A stretch of 64,000 bases of DNA, from positions 128,001 to 192,000 of the forward strand of contig JBBRLQ010000014.1 in assembly GCA_038231275.1 (NCBI GenBank), written 5' to 3'. This document shows, piece after piece, positions 1 to 10,173 of the stretch; within the stretch, counting starts at the first letter, position 1, and every line of letters begins with the position of its first letter. The notes beneath the pieces are model-generated. The model saw nothing but the letters and a program-made list of their open reading frames with translations. It had not been told where the DNA came from and searched no databases. The position numbers and the translations under genes were made by a program. Source of the DNA: Polyangiales bacterium. Lineage in GTDB: Bacteria; Myxococcota_A; Polyangia; Polyangiales; Polyangiaceae.

Positions 1-261
1 CTCGGTCGGCAGCCCCCACTCCTTTGCGACGTGCGCGGTGCAATACCCCGCGACGCCGAGGAACATCGCGTGACCGAACGACAGGAGGCCCACGTACCCG
101 ATCAGCAGATTGAACGCGCACGCGAAGAGCGCGAAGCACAGGGCCTTCATGAGGAAGACGGGGTAGACGACGAACGGCGCGACGACGAAGAGCGCGAGCA
201 TGGCGGCGAACGCGAGTCGGTCTTGTCGGGTCACGCCGAAGATGCCAGCGAGCGCGCTCAC
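1..261 (-). CDS. livM: Branched-chain amino acid ABC transporter permease (LivM-like), 5' part; runs off the window edge
   Basis: Manual translation from a GTG overlapping the livH stop gives MSALAGIFGVTRQDRLAF...FLMKALCFALFACAFNLLIGYVGLLSFGHAMF, the LivM N-terminal signature. Confidence 0.85.
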   Translation of the reverse strand, partial: MSALAGIFGVTRQDRLAFAAMLALFVVAPFVVYPVFLMKALCFALFACAFNLLIGYVGLLSFGHAMFLGVAGYCTAHVAKEWGLPTE

Positions 262-1133
262 GCGACCCTCCCGAAGAGGCCGGCCGGCTTGAAGATCAGG
301 ACGAGCGCCATCAAGGCGAAAATCGCAGTGTCCGACGCCTCTGGATAGAACACCTTCGTCAGACCCTCGACGACGCCGAGGAGGAAGCCGCTCACGATCG
401 ACCCCATGATCGATCCCATTCCGCCGATGACGACGACCGCGAACACGACGATGATCTGGTCCGCCCCCATCATCGGGCTCACGCGGTAAATCGGCGCGGC
501 GAGGACGCCGGCGAGCGCCGCCAACGCGACCGCGGCGCCGTACGTCAACGTGAGCATGCGCGGGACGTTCACCCCGAACGCGCGGACGAGCGACGGGTTC
601 TCGTTGGCGGCACGCAAGATGGAGCCGAGCTTCGTCCGCTCGATGAGGTACCAGGCCGCGAGGCAGACGGCCGCGGAGAAGACGAACACCCACGCGCGGT
701 AGTTCGGGAGGACGATGAAGCCGAAGTCGTGCGCCCCCTCGAGGGCCTCCGGGATCACGTACGGCATGCCCGACGTGCCGAACTGCATCCGCAGGACGCC
801 CTGGAAGACGAGCGCGATGCCGAACGTGAGGAGGAGGCCATACAGCGGATCGAGCCCGTGCAGCCGCCGCAGCATCGTCCGCTCGAGGACGATCCCCAGG
901 ATCCCGACGCCGATCGGCGCGACGACGAGCGCGGCCCAATAGCCGACGCCGAGGTGCTCGAGGAGGAGCCACGCACCGAACGCGCCGAGCATGTAGAACG
1001 CGCCGTGCGCGAAGTTGATGACGTTGAGGAGCCCGAAGATGATCGATAGACCGAGGCTCAGCAGCGCATAGAATGCGCCACTGATGAGTCCGATGAGGAC
1101 CTGGCTGAAGAGCGCCTGCGGTGTGACGTTCAT
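258..1133 (-). CDS. livH: Branched-chain amino acid ABC transporter permease (LivH-like)
   Basis: GLSIIFGLLNVINFAHG and VVVIGGMGS motifs; hydrophobic; operon context. Confidence 0.92.
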   Translation of the reverse strand: MNVTPQALFSQVLIGLISGAFYALLSLGLSIIFGLLNVINFAHGAFYMLGAFGAWLLLEHLGVGYWAALVVAPIGVGILGIVLERTMLRRLHGLDPLYGLLLTFGIALVFQGVLRMQFGTSGMPYVIPEALEGAHDFGFIVLPNYRAWVFVFSAAVCLAAWYLIERTKLGSILRAANENPSLVRAFGVNVPRMLTLTYGAAVALAALAGVLAAPIYRVSPMMGADQIIVVFAVVVIGGMGSIMGSIVSGFLLGVVEGLTKVFYPEASDTAIFALMALVLIFKPAGLFGRVA

Positions 1134-1163
1134 GGCAAGAGGCTGCGAAGGCGGTCCCGCCGG

Positions 1164-2417
1164 TTACTTCTTCACGAGCGGACACTCGCTCTGGGCAATC
1201 GGGCGAAACGCGTCGGCCGCCGGGATTTCGCGGACGAGCTTGTAATAGTCCCACGGCCCCTTCGACTCTTCGGGCTTCTTCACCTCGTAGAGGTACATCG
1301 GATGGAGCTTTCGCCCGTCGGCGCGGATCGTCCCCTTGCCGAACAGCGGATCGTCGGCCGGCATCTCTTCCATCTTCGCGACCACGGCCCTCCCATCGTC
1401 CTTGGATTTGAGCTCTCTGACGGCCTTCAAGTAGTGGAGGACCGACGCGTACACGCCGGCGTGGACCATCGTGGGCATCTTGCCGCCGTGCTTCTCGCCG
1501 AAGCGCTTCGCGAAGGCGCGCGTCGACGGGTCCTTGTCCCAGTAGAAGGCGGACGTGAGGTTGATCCCCTGCGCGGTTCTCAGGCCGAGCGCGTGGATGT
1601 CGGAGATGAAGAGGAGGAGGCCCGCGACCTTCTGCCCGCCCTTCGTGACCCCGAACTCGGACGCCGCCTTGATCGCGTTGACCGTATCGCCGCCCGCGTT
1701 GGCCAGTCCGATGACCTTCGCCTTCGACGACTGCGCCTGCACGAGGAACGAGGCGAAGTCCGACGCGTTCAGGGGGTGCTTCACCGAGCCGAGGACCTTG
1801 CCGCCGTCGGCGACGACGACCGTGGACGTGTCGCGCTCGAGGGCTTGCCCAAAGGCGTAGTCGGCGGTGACGAAGAACCACGTATCGCCGCCGTTCTTCA
1901 CCATCGCTTTACCGGCACCATTGGCGAGCGCGAACGTGTCGTACGTCCAGTGCACGGTGTTGGGGGAGCACTGCGTGCCCGTCAAATCCTGCGTCCCCGC
2001 GCCGGACGCGAGGAAGACCTTGTTCTTGCCCTTCACGAGCTCGCTCACCGAGAGCGCGACCGACGACGTGGGGACGTCCACGATCACGTCGACCTTCTCG
2101 ACGTCGATCCATCGTCGCGCGACGTTCGAGCCGACATCGGGCTTGTTCTGGTGATCGGCGGAGAGGATCTCGATCGGAAGGTCGCCGATCTTCCCGCCCA
2201 TGTCCTCGACGGCGAGCTTTGCCGCGACGACCGACCCTTGGCCCGCCAGATCGGCGTAGAGACCGGACATGTCCGAAAGGACCCCGATGCGGATCGCCGG
2301 CGCGCCGGGCGACGCGGACGTGGACGACGACGACCCCGCGGCGCCGCCGGGAGCGGGATTCTTGCACGCCGCGACGGTCGCGAGGGCGGCGGCGAAAACG
2401 AGAGGGAGTCGGTTCAT
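1164..2417 (-). CDS. ABC transporter substrate-binding lipoprotein (Liv family)
   Basis: Start re-assigned to MNRLPLVFAAALATVAAC (lipobox); IGVLSDMSGLYAD, ADHQNKPD and WFFVTADYAFG motifs. Confidence 0.9.
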   Translation of the reverse strand: MNRLPLVFAAALATVAACKNPAPGGAAGSSSSTSASPGAPAIRIGVLSDMSGLYADLAGQGSVVAAKLAVEDMGGKIGDLPIEILSADHQNKPDVGSNVARRWIDVEKVDVIVDVPTSSVALSVSELVKGKNKVFLASGAGTQDLTGTQCSPNTVHWTYDTFALANGAGKAMVKNGGDTWFFVTADYAFGQALERDTSTVVVADGGKVLGSVKHPLNASDFASFLVQAQSSKAKVIGLANAGGDTVNAIKAASEFGVTKGGQKVAGLLLFISDIHALGLRTAQGINLTSAFYWDKDPSTRAFAKRFGEKHGGKMPTMVHAGVYASVLHYLKAVRELKSKDDGRAVVAKMEEMPADDPLFGKGTIRADGRKLHPMYLYEVKKPEESKGPWDYYKLVREIPAADAFRPIAQSECPLVKK

Positions 2418-2431
2418 GGGACCACCCGCGT

Positions 2432-3157
2432 CTAGATACCAAGGTACCGGTGCAGCTTTTCGCGATTCTGTTCGAGCTCGCTCGTAGGCACCATGTCGAC
2501 GACGCGCCCATCTTCGACAACGTAATGGCGATCGGCGACCGCGGCGGCGAAGCGTAGGTTCTGCTCGACGAGGAGCATCGTGAAACCACGCGTCTTCAGC
2601 GATCGGATCGTCTTCTCGATCTGCTGGACGATGACCGGCGCCAGCCCTTCGTTGGGCTCGTCCAGCATCAAGAAGCGCGCGCCCGTCCGGAGGATCCTGC
2701 CGATCGCCAGCATCTGCTGCTCGCCCCCCGAGAGCTTCGTCCCGGGGCTCGCGAGGCGCTCCTTCAGGTTGGGGAAGAGCTCGAAGATCGCGTCGAGGGA
2801 CAGGCCATTCGGCTTGATGATGGGCGGCAGGAGCAAATTTTCTTCGACGTTCAGGCCGGAGAAGATCCCGCGCTCCTCCGGACAGATCGCGACTCCGGCG
2901 CGGGCGATCTTGTCGGCGCTGAGCTGAACGATCTCGCGGCCCTCGAAGACGATGGAGCCCTTCCGCTTCTCGACGATGCCCATGATCGACTTCAGGGTCG
3001 TCGTCTTCCCGGCGCCGTTGCGGCCGAGCAGCGTCACGACCTCGCCGGGGTGAACGTCGAAGTCGACGCCGTGAAGGACGTGCGACTCGCCGTACCACGC
3101 GTTCAGGCCACGCACGGAGAGGACGGCGGCCATCGTCGGCGCGGGCGCGTCAGGCAT
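2432..3157 (-). CDS. livF: ABC transporter ATP-binding protein (LivF-like)
   Basis: GRNGAGKTT Walker A, LSGGEQQM signature, LDEP Walker B. Confidence 0.9.
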   Translation of the reverse strand: MPDAPAPTMAAVLSVRGLNAWYGESHVLHGVDFDVHPGEVVTLLGRNGAGKTTTLKSIMGIVEKRKGSIVFEGREIVQLSADKIARAGVAICPEERGIFSGLNVEENLLLPPIIKPNGLSLDAIFELFPNLKERLASPGTKLSGGEQQMLAIGRILRTGARFLMLDEPNEGLAPVIVQQIEKTIRSLKTRGFTMLLVEQNLRFAAAVADRHYVVEDGRVVDMVPTSELEQNREKLHRYLGI

Positions 3158-3911
3158 CGGCGGACCCCATGTACGCCTCACGCACGGCCGGATCCGCCGA
3201 GACTTTGGCGTAGTCGCCCTCCGCGAGGATCTCCCCGCGCGCGAGGACGGTGATCGTGTCCGAGAGGCGCGAGACGACGCTGAGGTTGTGCTCGACCATG
3301 AGCACCGTGCGCCCGGCGGCGACCGATTTGATGAGCGCCGCGATGCGATCCACGTCCTCGTGTCCCATGCCGGCGGTGGGCTCGTCGAGCAAGATGAGCT
3401 CGGGTTCGAGCGCCAACGTCGTCGCGATTTCGAGGGCCCGCTTTCTCCCGTACGAGAGCTGGCCGGCCGGCGTCGCGGCGAAGGCCTCGAGCCCCACGAA
3501 CCCGAGCAGCTCGAGCGCCCGCGGGTGCAGACCCTCGAGTGCGCGCGGCGAGCGCCAGAACGCGAACGATCGACGGTGGTCCTTGCCTTGGAGGGCCACG
3601 CGCACGTTCTCGAGCGCGGTCAGGTTGGGGAAGACCGACGAGATCTGGAACGATCGCACGAGCCCCAGCCTCGCGACGTCTGCCGGCGGCGTCCGCGTGA
3701 TGTCGCGGCCCTTGTAGGTGATGCTACCGCTCGTCGGGACGAGGAACTTCGTCAGCAGGTTGAAGCACGTCGTCTTCCCGGCGCCGTTGGGGCCGATGAG
3801 CGCGTGGATCGTCCCCCGCCGCACGCGCAGGCTCACCGCGTTGACCGCGACGAAGCCGCGAAAGTCTTTGGTGAGACCTTCCGTCCGAAGGATGACGTCC
3901 TCGCCCGACAT
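3150..3911 (-). CDS. livG: ABC transporter ATP-binding protein (LivG-like)
   Basis: GPNGAGKTT, RSFQ, LSYGRKR, LLDEP, C-terminal VREAYMG. Confidence 0.9.
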   Translation of the reverse strand: MSGEDVILRTEGLTKDFRGFVAVNAVSLRVRRGTIHALIGPNGAGKTTCFNLLTKFLVPTSGSITYKGRDITRTPPADVARLGLVRSFQISSVFPNLTALENVRVALQGKDHRRSFAFWRSPRALEGLHPRALELLGFVGLEAFAATPAGQLSYGRKRALEIATTLALEPELILLDEPTAGMGHEDVDRIAALIKSVAAGRTVLMVEHNLSVVSRLSDTITVLARGEILAEGDYAKVSADPAVREAYMGSADA

Positions 3912-3920
3912 GCTGGGAAC

Positions 3921-5729
3921 CTACGACCGCCTGGTCGCCGCATACAGCGAGACCAGCGAAGCCGCATACAAGCCGAGCATCATCGTGTCGGCGAAGAACT
4001 TCGTCGCGCCGCCCGCGCGCTCGAGGCCGGGCTCGACGACCTTGGCGATCGCCAGCGAGAAGAAGAGCGCGCCGAAGACCAGGCCGAGGGCCTTCGTTCT
4101 CGGATGACGCAGACGGAAGAAGATCGACGGGAGGCCGCACGCCGCGAACGCAGGAAGCACGGTAAACGCCGCCGCCCCGGCCGAGCCGACACCGACGCCG
4201 AGCGCGCCCGCGATCGGCGATAGGGACGCGCTCAGCACGAGGACGCCGTACCCGACCGCCGTGGCGATGAGGACCGCCGCCCAATCGAACGGCTCTGCGG
4301 CGGCTGCCTCCGCGGAGACGCCCGCGTCGATCTCGTGATGCTTCGTCTCCTTGATGAACACGCCACCGACGACGACGGTCACGAGCGCGACGCCGATGGG
4401 ATACAGGAGCCCCGCGTAAATCGAGCGCGACCCGAACGCCTCCTTGGCGGCCGCCGAGGTCGTCACGGCCGTCGCGATCAACGGCAAGAAACCACCGAAC
4501 CAACCGTTGCCGAGGTGATACGGCAGCGACATCGACGTGTACCGAATCTTCGTCGGGAAGAGCTCGACGAGGAACGCCGCGATCGGGCCGTAGACCATCG
4601 TCACGTAGACGAGCTGGACGAAGACGAGCAGCACCATCGCCGCGAGCTGCCCGCCCGACAGATCCGCCCAGAGCACCTTCGGCGCGCCGCTCGGGTTCGC
4701 GACGGCCTTCATCGCCATGTAGATCGGCAGGTAGGTGAGCGCCGCGAGGAGGCACCCGGCGAGGATGATCTTCTTTCGTCCGACGCGGTCCGAGAGGTGG
4801 CCGAAGAAGAGAAAAAGCGGGGTGCCGAGGAGGAGCGCGACGGCGACGATAAAGTAGGAAGGGAGCCAGTCGAGCTTGAGCGCAGACTGCAAGAACGTGA
4901 GCGCATAAAACTGCCCGGTGTACCAAACGACGCCCTGCCCCGCGGTCGCGCCGAAGAGGGCGAGGAGGACGTAGCGGAGGTTCACGGGATTGGTGAAGCT
5001 CTCCTTCAGCGGATTGACCGACAGCTTGTTGGCGCTCTTCAATTTGGAGAAGAGCGGGCTCTCCTGCATCTTCAGGCGGATGTAGAGGCTGACGGCGAGG
5101 AGGAGGAAGGACAGGAGGAACGGTACGCGCCACCCGGCGATGCCCGCGAGCGCGCCGCCGCCGGTCTTGAACGCCACCTCGCCGAAGCCGAGGCGCGTCG
5201 CGCCGATGACGCCCATGCTGAGGAAGAACCCGAGCGTCGCCGTCGTCTGGATGTACGCCGTGAAGTAGCCGCGCCGCGCATCGGGGACGTGCTCGGCGAC
5301 GTAGGTTGCCGCGCCGCCGTACTCACCGCCGAGCGCGAGGCCTTGGGCGAGACGCAGGAGCACGAGGACGACGGTGGCGGTGATCCCGATCTGCTCGTAC
5401 GTCGGCAAAAAGCCGACGAGCGCGGTCGAGAGGCCCATCGTCGCCATCGTCACGAGGAAGGTGTATTTGCGGCCGATCAGGTCGCCGATGTGGCCGAACA
5501 CGAGCGCGCCGAGCGGCCTCACGCCGAAGCCTGCGCCGAACGTCGCGAGGCTCGCCAAGAGCTGCGCCGTCTCGTTTCCCGGTGGAAAGAAGCGGGAGCC
5601 GAAGAACACGGCGAGGCTGCCGTACAGGTAGAAGTCGTACCACTCGAACAGGGTGCCGAGAGACGACGCGAGGATGACGCGGCGGATCGTCGCGGAGTCG
5701 ATCGGGGCGGATCCCTCGGAGGCGCTCAT
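3921..5729 (-). CDS. MFS transporter, metabolite:H+ symporter family, with an extra C-terminal membrane segment
   Basis: Start MSASEGSAP; GTLFEWYDF, RPLGALVFGHIGDLIGRK, QGLALGGEYGGA, ELFPTKIRY motifs. Confidence 0.88.
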   Translation of the reverse strand: MSASEGSAPIDSATIRRVILASSLGTLFEWYDFYLYGSLAVFFGSRFFPPGNETAQLLASLATFGAGFGVRPLGALVFGHIGDLIGRKYTFLVTMATMGLSTALVGFLPTYEQIGITATVVLVLLRLAQGLALGGEYGGAATYVAEHVPDARRGYFTAYIQTTATLGFFLSMGVIGATRLGFGEVAFKTGGGALAGIAGWRVPFLLSFLLLAVSLYIRLKMQESPLFSKLKSANKLSVNPLKESFTNPVNLRYVLLALFGATAGQGVVWYTGQFYALTFLQSALKLDWLPSYFIVAVALLLGTPLFLFFGHLSDRVGRKKIILAGCLLAALTYLPIYMAMKAVANPSGAPKVLWADLSGGQLAAMVLLVFVQLVYVTMVYGPIAAFLVELFPTKIRYTSMSLPYHLGNGWFGGFLPLIATAVTTSAAAKEAFGSRSIYAGLLYPIGVALVTVVVGGVFIKETKHHEIDAGVSAEAAAAEPFDWAAVLIATAVGYGVLVLSASLSPIAGALGVGVGSAGAAAFTVLPAFAACGLPSIFFRLRHPRTKALGLVFGALFFSLAIAKVVEPGLERAGGATKFFADTMMLGLYAASLVSLYAATRRS

Positions 5730-5909
5730 GGGGCGGATCCTCGGGCGGCGCAGTCGATTCGGCAAGCCGAACTTTGTCGCGCGGCGAGGCGACTCAGGGG
5801 CCGCGCGAGGCGGCGTCGAGGTCGTCGGTCGCGGCCATGGATCCCCCGCCGAAAAAGTAGCAGTATTCGTCCGTGCGTGACGTTCAGGATCGGAAGCGTG
5901 GAGGTTCGC

Positions 5910-6731
5910 GTGACGCGTGACCCGCAGTTCGTGGACGCCAACGGGATCCGCTTCGCGTACTTCGAGGAGGGTGCGGGGCCGCTCGTCCTCCTCTTCCACG
6001 GCTTTCCGGATACGGCGCACTCGTGGGACGACGTGCGGCCGCGAATCGCCGCGAAGGGCTACCGCGTCGTCAGCCCATTCATGCGAGGGTATCGTCCGAC
6101 CGCCGCCCCTCCGCGCGACGCCGACGCCGAGACGCTCGCGCGGGACGTGCTCGGCCTCATCGACGCGCTCGGCGAGAAGGAAGCGATCCTCGTCGGCCAC
6201 GACTGGGGCGCTGCGGCCGTGTACGGCGCAACGGCGCTCGCGCCCGAGAAGGTGAAGAAGCTCGTCGCGGTGGGTATCCCGCACCCCGCGACCTGGCGAG
6301 TTACGCCGGGCAAGCTGTGGGGCGTCCGGCATTTCTTCGCGTACAAGGTCCCGGGCGCCTCCAAGCGCTTCGCCCGCGACGACTTCGCCGCGCTTCCCAA
6401 AATCTGCAAGCGTTGGTCGCCGGAGTGGACGCCGAGTGCCGCCGAGCTCGCGCCAGTCCGGGAGTGCTTCGCCGACGCCGCGAGCCTCGACGCCGCGTTC
6501 GGGTACTATCGCGAGCTCGCCTTCATCCCGGCGCGCTGGCTCAAGGCGCGCATCGCGGTGCCGACGGTCGTGTTCTCCGGCACGTGTGACCCCAACGCGG
6601 ACCGCGAAGACTACGCGCGAGGCGGCGTGCTCTTCGACGGCCCGTACGTCATCGAAGAGATGCCCGGCGGGCACTTCATGCACCGCGAGCACCCCGCCGT
6701 CTTCGCGGAGAAGCTGCTCGCGCATTTGTGA
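5910..6731 (+). CDS. Alpha/beta hydrolase (epoxide hydrolase-like)
   Basis: GGAGG RBS before GTG 5910; HGFP, GHDWG nucleophile elbow, GHF catalytic His. Confidence 0.85.
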   Translation: MTRDPQFVDANGIRFAYFEEGAGPLVLLFHGFPDTAHSWDDVRPRIAAKGYRVVSPFMRGYRPTAAPPRDADAETLARDVLGLIDALGEKEAILVGHDWGAAAVYGATALAPEKVKKLVAVGIPHPATWRVTPGKLWGVRHFFAYKVPGASKRFARDDFAALPKICKRWSPEWTPSAAELAPVRECFADAASLDAAFGYYRELAFIPARWLKARIAVPTVVFSGTCDPNADREDYARGGVLFDGPYVIEEMPGGHFMHREHPAVFAEKLLAHL

Positions 6732-6761
6732 GTCCACCGGCCGCCCGCCTCGGCCTTGGCG

Positions 6762-7127
6762 CTACCGCAGCTGCTCTTCGATCGATCGCGTCTTGTCGGT
6801 GACGACATCGCCGGTGTGCTTCGTCGTCACCGTCTCGACGAGCAGGATCCAGCACTCCTCGTCGGCCACTGGGTTGTGCATCGTGTTCCGCGGGACGACA
6901 TGCACGTCGCCGGGACCCAGGCTCACATGCGCGCCGCTTTCGTACTCGATCCGCAGGTTCCCCTTGATGACGTGGAAGAGCTCGTCCTCGTCGTCGTGCT
7001 TGTGCCAGGCGAGGGAGCCCTTCGCTTTGGCGATCTTCACGAACTGATCGTTGACGCGCGCGACGACCCGCGGTGACCAAAAGTCTTCGAGCGCGCGGAA
7101 GCCGTCTTCGAGGTGGGTCACGTTCAT
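6762..7127 (-). CDS. Cupin domain protein
   Basis: WSPRVVARVND, WHKHDDEDELF and VPRNTMHNP cupin motifs. Confidence 0.85.
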   Translation of the reverse strand: MNVTHLEDGFRALEDFWSPRVVARVNDQFVKIAKAKGSLAWHKHDDEDELFHVIKGNLRIEYESGAHVSLGPGDVHVVPRNTMHNPVADEECWILLVETVTTKHTGDVVTDKTRSIEEQLR

Positions 7128-7193
7128 GGCGGGGAAGGGTAGTACGGCGCGGCCCGGGCGACGAACGGGCCGTCGTTCGAGTAATCTTGCCTG

Positions 7194-9800
7194 GTGGACC
7201 TCATCGAGCGCCAAAAGCCGCTCGACCAGCTCTTGCAGTACCGCGACGAGGCGGCGCGCGGAGAGGGTCGACTGGTGCTCCTCGCTGGCGAGGCGGGTCT
7301 CGGCAAGACCGCGCTCGTGGGCGCGCTGGTGCGGGTGGCATCGGAGGGTGGGACCCGCGTGCTCGTGGGGGCGTGCGACGCGCTCTCGACGCCGCGTCCG
7401 TTGGGGCCCCTGCTCGACATCGCCGCGTCGACGCGTGGAGAGCTCGCGCGACTCCTCCAACAGGGTGCGCCGGCCGACGAGATCTTCGCGGCGCTGCTCG
7501 CGGATTTGGCGACGGGCCGCGCGGCGACGTTGGTGGTGATCGAAGACGCGCACTGGGTGGACGCTGCGACGCTCGATCTCCTGCGATTTCTCGCTCGCCG
7601 CCTCGCTGCGGTCCGAACCATCCTCGTCGTCACCTACCGCGACGACGAGGTGGGACCTCGGCATCCGCTTCGCACGGTGTTGGGGGACCTCGCGACGTCG
7701 GCGACCGTTCGGCGGCTCGCGCTCGCGCCGCTCAGCGAGGCCGGCGTGCGAGTGCTGTCTCGAGGGACCGCGTTCGACGCGGCGACGCTGCATCGAAGGA
7801 CGCGCGGCAATCCATTCTTCGTCGTCGAGGCGCTGGCGGCTGGCTCGACGTCGCTTCCGGAGAGCGTGCGTGACGCGGTGCTGGCGCGCGCGTCGCGGCT
7901 CGACGACGCCGCGCGCGGGACGCTGGAGGCGGCGGCCGTGCTGGGGCCTCGCATCGACCCCGCGCGGCTCGCAGAGATCGTGGAGGGACCTCTCGACGTC
8001 GACGGATGCCTCGGCGCAGGGATGCTCGAGGCCGACGGGGCGTCGCTCGCGTTCCGCCACGAGCTGGCGCGCGACGCGATTCTCTCCGTGCTGTCACCGG
8101 CGGCGCGGCGCAGCCTCCATGTCCGGGCGCTCGCGGTCCTCCGCGCGCGGTCGCACCGGGCCGAAGACCTTGCGATGTTGGCGCACCACGCAGAGGGGGC
8201 AGGCGACGCCGCTGCCGTGTGCGAGTACGCCCGTTCGGCGGCGCGGCACGCCGCATCCCTGCGCGCGCACCGCGAGGCGGCGGCGCAGTACGCCCGCGCG
8301 CGCCGTTTCTCCGACGATTTGCCGGTGTCGGAGGTGGCGGAGCTGCTCGAGGCGCACGCCTACGAGTGCTATCTGACCGACCAGGGGACCGAGGCCATCG
8401 CGGCGCTTCAGACGGCGACTGCGCTTCGGGAGCAACTCGGGGAGCCGCTTCGCCGCGGAGAGAACCTGCGCTGGCTCTCGCGGATCTCCTGGTTCACTGG
8501 CGCCTTCGATCCGGCCAATCGCTTTGCGAAGGAGGCGCTCGCGGTGCTGGAGCCGCTGGGGCCGAGCCGCGAGCTCGCGGCGGCGTACAGCAACCAGTCG
8601 CAGCTCTGCATGAACCAGAGCGAGTCGAAAGCGGCGATCGCGTGGGGAAGGAAGGCCCTCGTCCTGGCACGGCGGTTCGACGACCCGCTCATCGAGGCGC
8701 ACGCCTGCAACAACATCGGCTCGGCGCTCGCGGGCGCGACGAAGGGAACGCGGGGGTGGGACGAGCTCGAGGAGAGCCTCGCGATCTCGCGACGTCACAA
8801 GCTGGAGGAGCACGTCGCGCGCGCCCTGACGAACCTCGCGTCCTACGCGATCGCCGCGCGCCAGCTCGATCGCGGCGCGCGTTCGCTGGAGGAGGGGCTG
8901 GCGTATTGCGCGGATCACGGCCTCGATGCCTGGATGTTCTACATGCAGGGGTGGCGCGCCACGATGTTCCTGCGCATGGGACGGCTCGATGCCGCCGTGG
9001 AGCAAGCGGCCGCGACGCTTGGTCACCCGAGTCTCTCCGCGATCAGCAAGGTCGGACCGCTATGCATCCTCGGCCTCGTCCGCGCGCTGCGGGGCGATCC
9101 CGAGGCGTGGGAGCCGCTGGACGAAGCACTCTCCATCGCGGGGCAGACGCGCGAGCTCCAGCGGCTTGCACCGGTGAGCGTGGCGCGGGCCGCGACGGCG
9201 TGGCTCGGGGGAGACGATGCGCGGGCCGTCGAAGAGGCGCTCGCCACGTTGCCGATGGCTCTCGCGCGGGACGACGTGTGGTACGCGGGCGAGCTCGCGA
9301 CGTGGGTGCGCCGCGCGGGCGGCGACGCGAAGGCGAAGGTCGCGGCGGCCGAGCCATATTGCCTTCAGCTCGCGGGGAAATGGCGGCGCGCGGCGTCGTC
9401 GTGGCGTGCGCGCGGCTGCGAGCTCGACGCGGCGTACGCCGAGCTCGACGGCGGCGTCGAGGAGTCGCTGCGCCAGGCCCTCGCGGCCTTCGACCGGATG
9501 GGTGCGCGTGCGATGACCACGCGAATCACGCGCAAGCTGCGCGAGCTGGGTGTGCGCGCCGTGCCGCGAGGCCCACGCCAGAGCACGCGTGAGAATCCGG
9601 CGGGCCTCACGGATCGCGAGCTCGGCGTCCTGCGCGAGCTCGCCGCCGGCCTGAAGAACGCCGACATCGGCCGCAGGCTCCACATCTCCGCGAAGACAGT
9701 GGACCACCACATCTCCTCAATCCTCACCAAGCTCGCCGCCAAGAACCGCACCGAGGCGGTCCACAAGGCCGCCGCGATCGGCATCGCGCTTCCCAAATAG
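7194..9800 (+). CDS. Large ATP-binding LuxR-family (LAL/STAND) transcriptional regulator
   Basis: GEAGLGKT Walker A, IEDAHWVD, GNPFF, TPR-like helical middle, C-terminal LuxR HTH (LTDRE...ISAKTVDHHISSILTKL). Confidence 0.92.
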   Translation: MDLIERQKPLDQLLQYRDEAARGEGRLVLLAGEAGLGKTALVGALVRVASEGGTRVLVGACDALSTPRPLGPLLDIAASTRGELARLLQQGAPADEIFAALLADLATGRAATLVVIEDAHWVDAATLDLLRFLARRLAAVRTILVVTYRDDEVGPRHPLRTVLGDLATSATVRRLALAPLSEAGVRVLSRGTAFDAATLHRRTRGNPFFVVEALAAGSTSLPESVRDAVLARASRLDDAARGTLEAAAVLGPRIDPARLAEIVEGPLDVDGCLGAGMLEADGASLAFRHELARDAILSVLSPAARRSLHVRALAVLRARSHRAEDLAMLAHHAEGAGDAAAVCEYARSAARHAASLRAHREAAAQYARARRFSDDLPVSEVAELLEAHAYECYLTDQGTEAIAALQTATALREQLGEPLRRGENLRWLSRISWFTGAFDPANRFAKEALAVLEPLGPSRELAAAYSNQSQLCMNQSESKAAIAWGRKALVLARRFDDPLIEAHACNNIGSALAGATKGTRGWDELEESLAISRRHKLEEHVARALTNLASYAIAARQLDRGARSLEEGLAYCADHGLDAWMFYMQGWRATMFLRMGRLDAAVEQAAATLGHPSLSAISKVGPLCILGLVRALRGDPEAWEPLDEALSIAGQTRELQRLAPVSVARAATAWLGGDDARAVEEALATLPMALARDDVWYAGELATWVRRAGGDAKAKVAAAEPYCLQLAGKWRRAASSWRARGCELDAAYAELDGGVEESLRQALAAFDRMGARAMTTRITRKLRELGVRAVPRGPRQSTRENPAGLTDRELGVLRELAAGLKNADIGRRLHISAKTVDHHISSILTKLAAKNRTEAVHKAAAIGIALPK

Positions 9801-9863
9801 GGAGGTCCACCCCTCAAAATGGGGAGGTCCGCCGATGTGGAGCCCACTCGCCGGCCGTAGGCT
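9795..9863 (+). promoter_or_regulatory. Tandem direct repeat (candidate activator site) plus -10 element upstream of the DUF4242 gene
   Basis: AAATAGGGAGGTCCACC (9795-9811) and AAATGGGGAGGTCCGCC (9817-9833), 22-bp period; TAGGCT at 9858-9863. Confidence 0.6.
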
Positions 9864-9900
9864 CCCTCTGACGCTGGCGGTGCCGGCGGAGGAGGAACTC

Positions 9901-10173
9901 ATGCCGCGATACATGGTCGAGAGAAATTTTCCGCAAGGTCTGCAGATCCCCGTGACGAACGAGGGGGCCGAGGCCTGCTTGGGCGTCGTCGGTCGTAACG
10001 CCGAGCTCGGCGTCACGTGGGTCCATTCCTACGTGAGTGAGGACAAGAAGAAGACTTTCTGCGTGTACGACGCGCCTAGCCCCGAGGCGGTCCGAAGCGC
10101 GGCGGAGAAGAGCCAACTCCCGATCGAGCGGATCACGAAGGTCTCCGTGCTCGATCCCTACTTCTACCGCTGA
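9901..10173 (+). CDS. DUF4242 (SCO4226-like) small protein
   Basis: GGAGGAGG RBS; MPRYMVER...VTWVHSYVSEDKKKTFCVYDAPSPEAVR pattern. Confidence 0.85.
   Translation: MPRYMVERNFPQGLQIPVTNEGAEACLGVVGRNAELGVTWVHSYVSEDKKKTFCVYDAPSPEAVRSAAEKSQLPIERITKVSVLDPYFYR

Noticed and set aside
5758..5771. Inverted repeat TTCGGC-AA-GCCGAA between the divergent MFS and hydrolase genes
   Set aside because: A single short palindrome with no second copy or assignable regulator; may be chance
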